Origin: a virus
DNA length: 64,000 nt
Strand: one strand, 5' to 3'
Virus record (IMG/VR): IMGVR_UViG_3300049440_000156
Location: 3,705-67,704 of that record
Shown in pieces: positions 1-9,686 of this stretch (position 1 is the first letter of the stretch; every line of letters begins with the position of its first letter). Below the pieces are notes generated by a model that worked only from the letters and a program-made list of their open reading frames with translations, was not told the DNA's origin and did not search any database. Both the position numbers and the translations under genes were made by a program.

Positions 1-957
1 GCCGCCGACCTTGATGCGACCAGAGAGGACATCAGGAGTTGTCGCTACACCAGCGCGGACTTTTCCGCCGAACACAGAAGCGCCTGAGAACTTTCCTTCT
101 GGCGTTTCAACGCTTCCTGTTTTCAAGCCGGACGCTGTGCCTAGGAGGGATGGAAGAAAGAAAGAAGCAGTTCTTATTAACTCCTCATCTTCAGGCGATA
201 CGTGACTATGCACGGCAGAGCCAATGCCTTCGCTTGCCCCGACGCCAGCTCCATAACCAGCGATCACCGGCAGCGGGTTCAACATCGCCGACGCTGCGGC
301 AGCCGGTTCCATCAGTTGACCGGCACCCTGGAGGGTTTCGGCTGCGCCGAGCATCCGTTGCCGCCTTTGGCGTTCTTGCTCTTGCGGCGACATCGTACGC
401 ACCGGAGGACCCATCGGGTTATTCGGATCGACGTTATACGCCGGCTGATCATTCTCCTTGAATCGCGATAGGCCAGTGGCGACTGGTTCAACACCAGTCC
501 ATGCGTCAAATACAGGTATACGGTCAGCCTCAGGAACCAAAGGCCTCTGGCGAAACTCTCCGGTACGCGCATCGGCCTCGTAGGGAACGTCTAGTTGCGG
601 ATCGTGTGGCCGCCCCGCAGGCTCCGAAGGAGTAACACCGTTAACTCTGGTAGCTGCGCGCGTAGCTGCTGCTTCATCAGCCGGGCTTGGTGGCTGATTG
701 AAGGCTGCTTCCGCAAATGATGGGAACTGCGCGGCTGGTTTTGGAGCGTATGAAGGCGTAGGAAGAGATGGACGTGCGAGAGGAGGTGGGGCAGGCGCTG
801 AAGCTGATTGCTGATCTAGGTCGTCGAGAGGCGCACTGACGGCGGATGAAGAAGGAGAGGATTGCTGATCGAGATCGTCAAGAGGCGCACTGACGGCGGA
901 TGAAGAAGGAGAGGATTGCTGATCGAGATCGTCAAGAGGCACCGAATACGTGGACAT
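1..957 (-). CDS. N-terminal part of giant internal virion (ejection) protein; runs off window start, absent from ORF track
   Basis: ATG at 955-957 directly abuts the stop of 958..2673. Hand translation MSTYSVPLDDLDQQSSPSSSAVSAPLDDLDQ... is open to position 1. Probably the same gene as 58755..>64000 on a circular map. Confidence 0.8.
   Translation of the reverse strand, partial: MSTYSVPLDDLDQQSSPSSSAVSAPLDDLDQQSSPSSSAVSAPLDDLDQQSASAPAPPPLARPSLPTPSYAPKPAAQFPSFAEAAFNQPPSPADEAAATRAATRVNGVTPSEPAGRPHDPQLDVPYEADARTGEFRQRPLVPEADRIPVFDAWTGVEPVATGLSRFKENDQPAYNVDPNNPMGPPVRTMSPQEQERQRRQRMLGAAETLQGAGQLMEPAAAASAMLNPLPVIAGYGAGVGASEGIGSAVHSHVSPEDEELIRTASFFLPSLLGTASGLKTGSVETPEGKFSGASVFGGKVRAGVATTPDVLSGRIKVGG
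806..940 (-). repeat. 54-bp tandem repeat (2.5 copies) encoding PLDDLDQQSSPSSSAVSA
   Basis: gattgctgatc recurs at 806, 860 and 914. Confidence 0.95.
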
Positions 958-2673
958 TTAGAATGCTGCACGGACTTTCCCGTCTTTGTCTTTAACGAAA
1001 CCTTTGATCGTTTGGCCGTTCACCTTGTCGCCCACGTTGTACACCCTGCCGCCCGGAGTCTTGTGTTGCTTGTCGGAGATGGGCGTGATTTGTGGTTGTG
1101 CAGATGGCTGGACTCCAATCGTCGGCCTGCCCTTTCCGTCTGTTCCTGTGACGGTAGCCGTGGCGGGAGAGCCATCGTTGTTATGGGCTTCTATTCCCTG
1201 CACTGGCTGGCCTGGACGAACTGGCGCAGCAGCATTCGGAATGGCAGCCAGCGGACGGCCTTGCGAATCAGTGCTGGCAGGTACGGCAATTCCAGTGTCG
1301 CTCTGGACGTCTGGAATACCGCCGCCCTCTGGCTCTTTTACGGAAACTGGCTTGCCGGATTTGACCTGTGAGGACCACTGCTGCTTGCGGTTCTCAAATT
1401 CCGTGGTGCGCTGGTTGTAACCATCTTCAATGGTCTTATATTCAGCGCGCAGGGCATCATCAACCTTGCCGCCACCAGCGTTTTTGAAAGCTTCGGTCTT
1501 GTCCTTCCGCACCTGGTCGCGCTGCTTCTGATACCACTGGTCGGAGTACTTGTCGATCGCTGCCTGGTCTTTGAAGGTCGCGGCTAGACCTTTGCCTGCA
1601 GCTCGGGTTTTCTCGATATCCAGCCGTTGCTGCTCCATCCCAAGACGCTTTTCTTCCATGGCCAGACGACGCGCGAGTGTCGGATCATCCGGCAACTTCC
1701 CATTGGCCAGATAGAGCTTACGGTCATCGCCTGCGAGTTGGAGCTTATCGGCGATCTTCGTTCTAGCGTTCAGTATCGCCGTTTCCTTGGCCTCTGGGGT
1801 TGTGGCGTCCTGAAGCTTCTTCTTTAAATCCTCCGTCGCCTCGTTATGCGCAGTACGCTCGTCCACGTTCTGTTGCTTCAGATCGCTGATGTCTTGGTTC
1901 TTTGCAACGTCGAACTGGTCTTTCCACACTCCACTTTTATCCTTGAACTCATCGCGCGCACGGTTATTCTCGTCCTCGAAGGATTTGATCTGCGCTGTGT
2001 CGGCAGCAGCTCCACGCTGACGTGCGGCTTCATCCTTAAAGTACTGACCACTGACAGCTCCAGCGCCGTAGTATCCAGGCGAACTCTTATCGCCAAAAGC
2101 ACCTTCGAGTGGACCAGATATAGCCCCTGGCAGCCCGCCACGAATAAAACCTCTCGCCGAATCAAGAAATGCGCGTCCAATCCGCGCGCCCATGCTGGGC
2201 TTATATTGCGGCAGCGTTTGTCCGGTTGTTGGATCAACTTTCGGCGTGACGGCGCTCTTCGCCCGCAGGTCGGATTGAGCTGCGGCATAGCCTGGTGACA
2301 TTGACGGCGCTTGCGGGGGCGCGCCAAGTTTTTCGAGGTTTGTTTGCGGTGCCTGTACTGTCTGCCCGGCTGCAGCGGCGAACTCTCCGAGATCCATCGC
2401 CGCTTTCGAGGTCGATTGCGGTGGCACTGCTGGCGGAGGCGCTGGTGTCCCCATAGGATCGCGGTAGGCATTGCCCATTGACGCAGGAGTAGAGTCGTCT
2501 ACGGGTTGCGGCGCCGTTGAACCGCCAGTGTCCCCACCAGACAAACTCGGATCAAGGTAGCGAGTTGACGGAGCTAGAGTTGGGTCTTCGTCGGCGTACG
2601 CTCTGCCCATGATGGGCTGTTCGTCGTCTTCGCGCTCGTCTTGTTCGTTGTCTACATCCGGCATGATAGGCAT
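958..2673 (-). CDS. Putative ejection / internal virion protein
   Basis: 571 aa with Pro/Ala-rich disordered ends, Gly-rich segment and coiled coil; lies between pilot-like gene and giant protein. Confidence 0.6.
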   Translation of the reverse strand: MPIMPDVDNEQDEREDDEQPIMGRAYADEDPTLAPSTRYLDPSLSGGDTGGSTAPQPVDDSTPASMGNAYRDPMGTPAPPPAVPPQSTSKAAMDLGEFAAAAGQTVQAPQTNLEKLGAPPQAPSMSPGYAAAQSDLRAKSAVTPKVDPTTGQTLPQYKPSMGARIGRAFLDSARGFIRGGLPGAISGPLEGAFGDKSSPGYYGAGAVSGQYFKDEAARQRGAAADTAQIKSFEDENNRARDEFKDKSGVWKDQFDVAKNQDISDLKQQNVDERTAHNEATEDLKKKLQDATTPEAKETAILNARTKIADKLQLAGDDRKLYLANGKLPDDPTLARRLAMEEKRLGMEQQRLDIEKTRAAGKGLAATFKDQAAIDKYSDQWYQKQRDQVRKDKTEAFKNAGGGKVDDALRAEYKTIEDGYNQRTTEFENRKQQWSSQVKSGKPVSVKEPEGGGIPDVQSDTGIAVPASTDSQGRPLAAIPNAAAPVRPGQPVQGIEAHNNDGSPATATVTGTDGKGRPTIGVQPSAQPQITPISDKQHKTPGGRVYNVGDKVNGQTIKGFVKDKDGKVRAAF

Positions 2674-3249
2674 TTAGGCTCCTGCCGCCCCTGTGGCTGC
2701 CTGGCCCGCCACTTTTGCTCCTTGATTTGATAGCCAATCCCAGAATCCAGGAGCTTGCGCTGCCGGGTTAGCTACACTTAGGCTATTGTTCGCCCCGCCG
2801 AGCGATGTTGCGTATTGCTGATTGCTCGCCGTCACCGGAAATTCTGAAGCGGTCAGTCCGGTCTGCTGATACCCTGTCTCACCGGCAATCCTCGCTGCAT
2901 CCGATTTGGCCTGCGCATCCGATGCGGCCATCACCCCTTCTTGTTGCGTCTTCGCCAGGGTTGGCGCGAAGCTTCCCGTATTTTCGCCCGAGCGCTTCGA
3001 TGTCATCTGCAGTTCGCTCTGGAGAGCGTTACTGCTGGCATTGGCTCCTGAAGCGTTGATCGTCTTCTGGTCCTGATCGAACTGTCCGCCCTTGGTGTAG
3101 GGGTCGTTGGCGTAATAGCTGCTCAACCGGGAATTGAAGGTATCGAGTCCGGCATTTGCACTCCCGAGCGCCGTCTGGGCATTCGATTGGTCGGTCTTTG
3201 AATTATCGATGCCCGTTTGGGCGATCTGTTTCTGCTGGTCTCTTGACAT
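2674..3249 (-). CDS. Putative ejection / pilot protein
   Basis: Q/N/A/S-rich with Gly/Ala-rich C-terminus; position typical of podovirus ejection genes. Confidence 0.55.
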   Translation of the reverse strand: MSRDQQKQIAQTGIDNSKTDQSNAQTALGSANAGLDTFNSRLSSYYANDPYTKGGQFDQDQKTINASGANASSNALQSELQMTSKRSGENTGSFAPTLAKTQQEGVMAASDAQAKSDAARIAGETGYQQTGLTASEFPVTASNQQYATSLGGANNSLSVANPAAQAPGFWDWLSNQGAKVAGQAATGAAGA

Positions 3250-3254
3250 CGGTG

Positions 3255-3707
3255 CTACCTCAGTCTCCGGTTGTAGTGGATGAAACCAGTCTTTTTGAAC
3301 TGCGCTGCCTTCAAGTACAGGCCAATGCGCCTGGCCGTTCTTGACGTCAGGAACATCAGCCCGCGAAACAGCAGCCGCGAGAGCCAGCCGTCAATCGCCG
3401 GCGGAACAAAGCAATGCAGGTAGCGGCAACCCTTGGCGCTGGCTGAGGCGAATACCGTCTTCTGGAACCCCCAAACCGCTTCCGCCGATTGCCTGTCTGT
3501 GCCGATCTCAACGTGCTCGATGCACATCTCTTCGTAGAAGGCTTTGACAATTACGCCGTCGCGCTCGACTACCCAATAACCAAGAATGGCTGGGTCGTCT
3601 ACACCCGGCAGGTCCATCTCCATGCCGACATGTCTCTCTGTCTGCCGATGAAGCGGAAGGATGCGCGGCATGTCCTCAGGCGCCGCAGGACGAATAACGT
3701 TCTTCAC
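3255..3707 (-). CDS. GNAT-fold-like protein preceding ejection genes
   Basis: N-terminal IRPAAPEDMPRI and internal GYWVVERDGVIV, both GNAT-like. Confidence 0.5.
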   Translation of the reverse strand: MKNVIRPAAPEDMPRILPLHRQTERHVGMEMDLPGVDDPAILGYWVVERDGVIVKAFYEEMCIEHVEIGTDRQSAEAVWGFQKTVFASASAKGCRYLHCFVPPAIDGWLSRLLFRGLMFLTSRTARRIGLYLKAAQFKKTGFIHYNRRLR

Positions 3708-4246
3708 GGCAGTTGGACCGCCTTTATAACCGGGCCGGGATCGTTGAAGTTCACCGAATCAAACGACGATTGCACCTGCCAGTGCTGATTTGTGTCCGGC
3801 AGAGTGAATAACACTTGCCCGCTGGCCGGGTAGTTCTCAACGCCCGAGGAAGCGTCAAATGCGCCGGTCGTCGATGACTTTAACTTGTGAAGCAGCGGAG
3901 CCAACTGCGCGTTCGGGCCTCTTGCTGCCAGCAGTGAGTAAAGTTGCGCCGTAGGAGGCAATTGCTGCTGTGGCTCCGTAATCTCAATAAACGTCAATCC
4001 CGGCAGGCTTGCGCGCTGGGTGACTGTGATCTGTACTTGCGCCGGGACTGCGTTGGTGTCGGTCTGTTGTTGTAGCGGATTATCTACGAACCCCTGATTT
4101 AGCTGCGGCAAAAGATTAATCAGTTTATCTTCCAGGTCGCCGGCATGCTTTACCATGTCGCCGATGGACACCTTGGCCGCTTCCCAGTCCGGCTTGGCCA
4201 TGATGCGTTGCCGATACGCATGGAACCGGCTTGGCTGTGCCGGCAT
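3704..4246 (-). CDS. Hypothetical virion-module protein
   Basis: 180-aa ORF tightly coupled to its neighbours. Confidence 0.6.
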   Translation of the reverse strand: MPAQPSRFHAYRQRIMAKPDWEAAKVSIGDMVKHAGDLEDKLINLLPQLNQGFVDNPLQQQTDTNAVPAQVQITVTQRASLPGLTFIEITEPQQQLPPTAQLYSLLAARGPNAQLAPLLHKLKSSTTGAFDASSGVENYPASGQVLFTLPDTNQHWQVQSSFDSVNFNDPGPVIKAVQLP

Positions 4247-6985
4247 CTAGTTGGCCCTCGACTGGAAAATAGGATTAGTGAAGATCGTGGCATTCATCAC
4301 CCTGCCCCACGTTCCTGGAGTCTTGCCGATGGTCGAGAACCTGATACGGAAACGCTCATTCATTCCTGAGCCCTGGCATTTGTAGTCCGTTGTCAGGCCC
4401 GGCCGCACAATGGCATCCTTCATGTTGATCTCTGTGCGCCGGTCGTTTACTCCACCATCTTGAGTCGCCTTGACAGATCCAGCCAGAACCGTTACCCCGA
4501 CGTTTCCCTGTCCCGTCATCAATGCCTGCACTCCACCAAACCGAGCCACTTTCAGCGCATCGCCTGGACACATCGTTTCATTGACCCAGGGAATCAGGCT
4601 GCCGTTGTCGGTGTAGATATCCGGCGTCACCGCGTTTACGCTGCTGTCAAACGACGACGCATACCAGAACTGGCTTTGGATGGTTGCGGAATCGAACTGC
4701 GCCGGCGGATTGAGTACCGTACGCTCTACGCGTAATCCCTGATTGGCCGGTATGTCGTTGACGCTCCATTTTCTTGCGGCCGCCGAGCTGATGAACTTGC
4801 CGCGGCTGTAGATGGTCGAGTGCACCGGAGCATCGAGAGTGGCGCTCTCTTCAAAGTTGCAGCACAGTTCATGGCTTGGTACCGTTGCCCGGTCGAGCGG
4901 TACTCCTACCTTGATTTCATGGGTGTCGTCGTCAATGGCCACCCATATTGTCTTAGCGGCCGCCCAGTTCACTCGCTTCCAGGTCTTCGGAATCTCCTTG
5001 GTGATTCTTTGCGGCTTGTCGCCAAAATAGGCATACACGCCTGACCTGTGAACGAATATCAAAAACAACTGTCCAACTGCCCACGCCCTAAGTCCGCACG
5101 GCCCCTTTGCATCCCATCGCTTAACCGAACTCCAGTTCGATGGGTCGCTTGCATCTGGACTCATCTCATGGCCACCCTTCTCTTTGAGCGCTATCAGGAT
5201 GCCGTTGTAATCGGCTATTCCCATCAGGTTCTGGCCATCGGTCTCCGCGCACTGAAACAGGCCTGTCGAGCCAAACACTGTCTCCGGATCGCGCACTGGA
5301 CTGATGTACGCCCCTGATGGCGCGAGATAAGGCAGGTAGATCATCCGGTCGAGAGTGCGCGAGTAGTAGACGCTTCTAAGCGCCGGAATCTGTATCTTGT
5401 CGAAGAAGTTGGTAACGTTGGCCGTCGTCGCCAGCAAATCCGTTAGGAAGACGTCGATAAAATCGAACGTTCCCGAGGTTGTTACGTTGTCATTGATGAC
5501 CGTGGCTGTGACTGCTATCCCATTGATCGAGTCAGGATTAGGGATATAGGCAAACGGTCCTGCCGAGCTGCCGCCCGCCACAGTAATAAACAGGATGCGC
5601 GCTGCCGTGTTTGCCGGCCCGATCGCTACGTTAAGCGCAAACAGTTTGAAATTGGCGATGTCTATGTTGTTCTGAACAACCGCCGCAGGCCCGTAGCCTG
5701 AAATGTAGCCGTTGCGGTTCAGGAAAAGCACTCCAGCCCAGCGCGGCCCTGCATCTACGTTTCCAGCCGGGGCGATATTGGCTGTGTTTACTGTTGGGGC
5801 AACTACTCCTGCGGCAGTGTTATCAACGTTCACCGTGGTATTAACGGCTAAAGCAAACGGCCCTCCGGCTACCTGTAGGAAGGCTCCAGCAGCGGGAGCC
5901 GCTGCACCGTGCACGACATCGGCCTCATATACCTGAAATCCTGAAGGAATAAATAGTCCACCCAAAGTCAAAAGCCATGCACGTATAGTGCTTGTGATTT
6001 TTAGCTGTACACGATCATTGAGCACGGTAGCTATCCGAAGATTAGCCAGAGCTGCCGGACAGGGTGCAGTTTCCCCCTCGGCATTGACCAGCGTAATCGT
6101 CAAGTAAACGTCGCGCCCAGCTGCGAATCCGCCAGCCCCGGCAACAATCGTGCACTGGCCAATAAACCCGCTGCTTGGGGCCTGCGGAAATAGCTTACTC
6201 ACTGCACCACCGCCCTGCGGGTCGCCCTGGACGGCATCTGGAGGAGGAACAACGTTTGAGAAGATCAGGGTGTTCTCGGTAAACGTCACCCCGCCATTCA
6301 CTATATTCCCGCCATCCCCCGGCCACACAGGTTCCGCATTTCCGGAAATGCCTGTGGTGATGACACTAACTCTAAAGCTGCGGCCTACACCTGTGCCGTT
6401 ACCTCCTGCACTCGTCAGGATTGGGGTCACAACCTCGCCCACCTGATAGGTTGTTGCAGCCGCCCACGTTTGCCCTACCGGCCTCATGCTCAGCGGATCA
6501 AGAATCCCGGTGAGCAGGTCATACACGCTGTTCACCGAGCCAATCGCCGATGGGGTAGCGATATTGGTGAAGGCCAGGTAAGCCCGGTTGAGTGTCTGGT
6601 CGTCCTGCATGTACATGCCGACGCCGGGAGACACCAGTCCGCTTGTAACCGGCACCAGCGTTCCAGATCCCGGAGGGCTTTCAATCTTCAGGTTGCCGTT
6701 CTGGTCGAACAGCAGCGGCACGGTCTTATCCGGTGTTATCCCGTTACCTGCATACTTGAAGCATCCCATCCCCGTTACGGGAAAGTTGGTTCCGATGTTC
6801 AGGCCAAAAAAGCCATTGCCGACTTTCTGATTTATGCCGTACCTGGTCTGGACAGAGGTCAACTCATGGCGCGAGTTTCGGTTGACCGCAGCCACTCCGA
6901 GCGGGGAATTCGTGGGATCATCCTGCTCGAACAAGGAACTGAAGCGAGCAATTTCGTGGGCCTGGAAACCTTCGAAATTCGCGAT
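4247..6985 (-). CDS. Tail nozzle / packaged-DNA stabilisation protein (P22 gp10-like) with inserted beta-rich domains
   Basis: ~900 aa, beta-propeller-like C-terminal half, follows the adaptor. Start uncertain: TTG 6934 or ATC 6985. Confidence 0.6.
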   Translation of the reverse strand: MANFEGFQAHEIARFSSLFEQDDPTNSPLGVAAVNRNSRHELTSVQTRYGINQKVGNGFFGLNIGTNFPVTGMGCFKYAGNGITPDKTVPLLFDQNGNLKIESPPGSGTLVPVTSGLVSPGVGMYMQDDQTLNRAYLAFTNIATPSAIGSVNSVYDLLTGILDPLSMRPVGQTWAAATTYQVGEVVTPILTSAGGNGTGVGRSFRVSVITTGISGNAEPVWPGDGGNIVNGGVTFTENTLIFSNVVPPPDAVQGDPQGGGAVSKLFPQAPSSGFIGQCTIVAGAGGFAAGRDVYLTITLVNAEGETAPCPAALANLRIATVLNDRVQLKITSTIRAWLLTLGGLFIPSGFQVYEADVVHGAAAPAAGAFLQVAGGPFALAVNTTVNVDNTAAGVVAPTVNTANIAPAGNVDAGPRWAGVLFLNRNGYISGYGPAAVVQNNIDIANFKLFALNVAIGPANTAARILFITVAGGSSAGPFAYIPNPDSINGIAVTATVINDNVTTSGTFDFIDVFLTDLLATTANVTNFFDKIQIPALRSVYYSRTLDRMIYLPYLAPSGAYISPVRDPETVFGSTGLFQCAETDGQNLMGIADYNGILIALKEKGGHEMSPDASDPSNWSSVKRWDAKGPCGLRAWAVGQLFLIFVHRSGVYAYFGDKPQRITKEIPKTWKRVNWAAAKTIWVAIDDDTHEIKVGVPLDRATVPSHELCCNFEESATLDAPVHSTIYSRGKFISSAAARKWSVNDIPANQGLRVERTVLNPPAQFDSATIQSQFWYASSFDSSVNAVTPDIYTDNGSLIPWVNETMCPGDALKVARFGGVQALMTGQGNVGVTVLAGSVKATQDGGVNDRRTEINMKDAIVRPGLTTDYKCQGSGMNERFRIRFSTIGKTPGTWGRVMNATIFTNPIFQSRAN

Positions 6986-7015
6986 GGGATTATTCCTTGA
7001 GTGGAGATAAATGCT

Positions 7016-7525
7016 TTAGTCGAAGTTCCGGCCTTCAAACGCGACTTTAAAATCAACGTCGGCTAAGTTGAGGGCAGCATAAGCACCAGCCGCCAGTTCT
7101 GCGCCGGTCGTGGGATTGAAGAGCTTGAGCAGCCAGTGGAAGTTATCGGCTCCGGGCAGCATTTCAGCGCCCAGCCCAGCAGGACCGTTGATGATGTAGG
7201 CGCGCGTCGGCCCGGTCAGCCCCCAACCGGAGCCAGGAAGAAACGCGGGATTGCCGGTAAGACTGTTAACGCTGTTTGGGAGCAGCACTTCTCCCACGTT
7301 GGTGCCGCGCACCGCCTGTACGTAGTTTCCAGTCAGCGTGACCTTGCAGATGATGGTCTTGAATTTTTCGACCACCTGCACGCCGTTGGTGTCAATCACC
7401 ATCGTGTTGGCCGCCCTCAAGGCCAGCATAGTGAGCCAGTTGATGAAGAAACGCGCCATTCCGCGCGGGCTGAAGACCTTCTTGTGTTCGCGTACTTCTA
7501 CCTTTTCAATGTTCAGCTTGGACAT
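7016..7525 (-). CDS. Hypothetical structural protein
   Basis: AGGAGG RBS before ATG 7525. Confidence 0.65.
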   Translation of the reverse strand: MSKLNIEKVEVREHKKVFSPRGMARFFINWLTMLALRAANTMVIDTNGVQVVEKFKTIICKVTLTGNYVQAVRGTNVGEVLLPNSVNSLTGNPAFLPGSGWGLTGPTRAYIINGPAGLGAEMLPGADNFHWLLKLFNPTTGAELAAGAYAALNLADVDFKVAFEGRNFD

Positions 7526-7541
7526 TGCCGCGTTCCTCCTT

Positions 7542-8237
7542 TTATGCGATTCCGTTTCCACCTGGCCCGCGCCGGCGCCTCTGGCGGTCCATCCGTCCTG
7601 CTCGTTCCGTCTTGCCCTGCCGGCCCTTGGTCATGCCGATGTTCAGGGTGTCAAAGTTTTCATCGGCCTTGACCGAATACTCCTGCACCCACGGCGGATT
7701 GCCGCGCTTCATCCCAATGACCGCGGCGATCGCGTATGAGATCGCCGGCAGCGCATTCAAGCCAATCAGCGCCGTATCGTTCCCGCTGCTCAACGGCGGC
7801 AGCATGAATTCTCCGGTCACGCGGATATCAAGATTGATATTGAAGAGGCTCAGGAAGATCGTCAGGTGCGTCCAGGTCCAGCAATCAATTACCGATATCC
7901 CTGGTATGGCGATGTCCCGGATTTTGCTCAACTTTTCGGCGCTCGCGTAGAACGTTGGGTCTTGCCCCGGCAGTTTCCACTCAATCCGTATCGGCTCAAT
8001 CAGAAATTCAAGTGGCTGGCCCTTGGAGGAAAACCCCGAAAGGTCCGGCGTTCCCGCGGCCACGTTCGGCAGCACTACCGTGTACTCGTCAAAATCCGGG
8101 TTACACAGCCTTAGCTTGTTGGCGATCTCCGTGTAGCAGAGATTGAGCGGCGCCTGTAGGTACGCATCATCGGCGTAGTCCTGCATTGAGTCTTCAATCA
8201 GGCTCCGGACTGTGGTGTAAATCGTGGTTACATCCAT
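7542..8237 (-). CDS. Head-tail adaptor (tail tubular A / gp4-like)
   Basis: N-terminal helix IYTTVRSLIED...YLQAPLN and C-terminal AISYAIAA helix; size and position fit. Confidence 0.6.
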   Translation of the reverse strand: MDVTTIYTTVRSLIEDSMQDYADDAYLQAPLNLCYTEIANKLRLCNPDFDEYTVVLPNVAAGTPDLSGFSSKGQPLEFLIEPIRIEWKLPGQDPTFYASAEKLSKIRDIAIPGISVIDCWTWTHLTIFLSLFNINLDIRVTGEFMLPPLSSGNDTALIGLNALPAISYAIAAVIGMKRGNPPWVQEYSVKADENFDTLNIGMTKGRQGKTERAGRMDRQRRRRGPGGNGIA

Positions 8238-9575
8238 TTACCCGTGGAGCTCCAGTTCCGTCGCCATGGAACTCTGTGGCTCATTCTTCAGGCGCAAGAG
8301 GTCCTGTTGGGCTTCAGCCATCGTGTGTCCTTCCATGGTCATGGCCCAGACTTCAGCATCGCCGTTTGAGTTGGGAAAGAAGCGCGCATAGAGTCGCCGT
8401 AGTTGACTCTCTGCCGCGGTCGAAAATTCCTCTTCGTAATCCACGCGCCCGGGACGGATAAGGGCTGGGTCGAGGCGGTCTCGATGATTGGTGGTCATCA
8501 GAACAATTGAGCCTTCGCTTGCCATAAACCCGTCAAGCGCATTCAGTATTCCGGTCAGTGTCAACCCGGAGCCTGGAGCATCGTCTTCTTTAGTGCTGCG
8601 CTTACGTACCGCGAAAGCAGCATCCACATCTTCCAGAACCATGAAACTGTTTGGCGGAATCTCACTGAGTAGACACGCGAATCTCTCATCGTTCATGTCT
8701 TCGCCAGCCAGGCTCAGAATGTAGAGATTCATCTTCAGTTCGCCGGCCAGTGCGCCGATGATCGAGGTTTTCCCGCTTCCCGGAGTGCCGTGGAAGAGCA
8801 TGCCCAAGTGGTAAGGAATACCCATTTCCTGATACCACAAGCGATCTGCAATAAAGTCTTTAAGTCGCTGAAGGATGGCCTCAGCAACCCCATCGGGAAG
8901 AATGACGCTTTCCATCTTGCGCGGGGCAAAAGTCCGCAGCCGACGCCACGAGGAATACACGCCGACAAATGCGCTGATCTTCTTGGCCTGAAACGCCACT
9001 GCACGCCCAATTACTTCAGCCAGCAGCCCACGCAGAATGTCCTGTGACCGGCCAAAAATGCGGAGCGTGTAATTCTCTTCCTTGAAGCGAAAATGGCTGC
9101 TATTGCTGGATTTGTTCGTGTTGTTATCGACAGGCGCACCACCGTCGCCGCGATCAAGCCAAAGCAATCTTCCTTTGTACCTGAAGAAGTGTTGGCCTTT
9201 TGCCGGAGAAAGAATCAGCTTCGGCTGCTTGGCCTCGTCGTCAAAAGAGCATGAGGTAGCACAAGGAACGGCTGGGGCATCGGAGCCGATTTGATTACTT
9301 CCAACTTCGTAATTCGCCACCGTCGTTGCCAGTAAGCGCCTAGTCTTTCGGCTGTACGGATGATCGTTCAACCAGAGGGTTATCCAGTCAAACAGCGGGT
9401 CATTGTTCATCACCGTGACCGTGACAATGAACTGATCTTTGATCTTCCCCCAGATTCTCCCGGGTAGACTTCGAGCCAACGCGATAATCGAGGCGGTAAA
9501 CGTAAGCAAGAGACCGCCCGAGACGAACGGATTTGCCAGTTGGCGCCAAACCAGATCAAATAAGTGTGTCAACAT
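8238..9575 (-). CDS. BCS1-family AAA+ ATPase with N-terminal TM helix
   Basis: NPFVSGGLLL TM segment, DPLFDWITLWL, LSPAKGQHFFRYKGRLLW, WYQEMGIPYHLGMLFHG, Walker A GTPGSGKT, Walker B LEDVD, GILNALDG, TTNHRDRLDPALIRPGRVD. Confidence 0.9.
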   Translation of the reverse strand: MLTHLFDLVWRQLANPFVSGGLLLTFTASIIALARSLPGRIWGKIKDQFIVTVTVMNNDPLFDWITLWLNDHPYSRKTRRLLATTVANYEVGSNQIGSDAPAVPCATSCSFDDEAKQPKLILSPAKGQHFFRYKGRLLWLDRGDGGAPVDNNTNKSSNSSHFRFKEENYTLRIFGRSQDILRGLLAEVIGRAVAFQAKKISAFVGVYSSWRRLRTFAPRKMESVILPDGVAEAILQRLKDFIADRLWYQEMGIPYHLGMLFHGTPGSGKTSIIGALAGELKMNLYILSLAGEDMNDERFACLLSEIPPNSFMVLEDVDAAFAVRKRSTKEDDAPGSGLTLTGILNALDGFMASEGSIVLMTTNHRDRLDPALIRPGRVDYEEEFSTAAESQLRRLYARFFPNSNGDAEVWAMTMEGHTMAEAQQDLLRLKNEPQSSMATELELHG

Positions 9576-9597
9576 TCCTCAAATTCCTGACGTCAAG

Positions 9598-9627
9598 AAA
9601 AACAAAACGCGGCCATCGCTGACCGCG
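9598..9627 (-). terminator. Intrinsic terminator
   Basis: CGCGGUCA-GCGA-UGGCCGCG followed by UUUUGUUUU. Confidence 0.75.
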
Positions 9628-9686
9628 CTTTGCTGCGTTAGAAGCGCTCTTTCCAAAGCGCCATCGGCTATGTTGGGCCGACCTCG

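Noticed and set aside
806-940. Tandem repeat as a CRISPR array
   Set aside because: The intervening sequences are identical, the 54-nt period is in frame within a CDS, and there are no cas genes.
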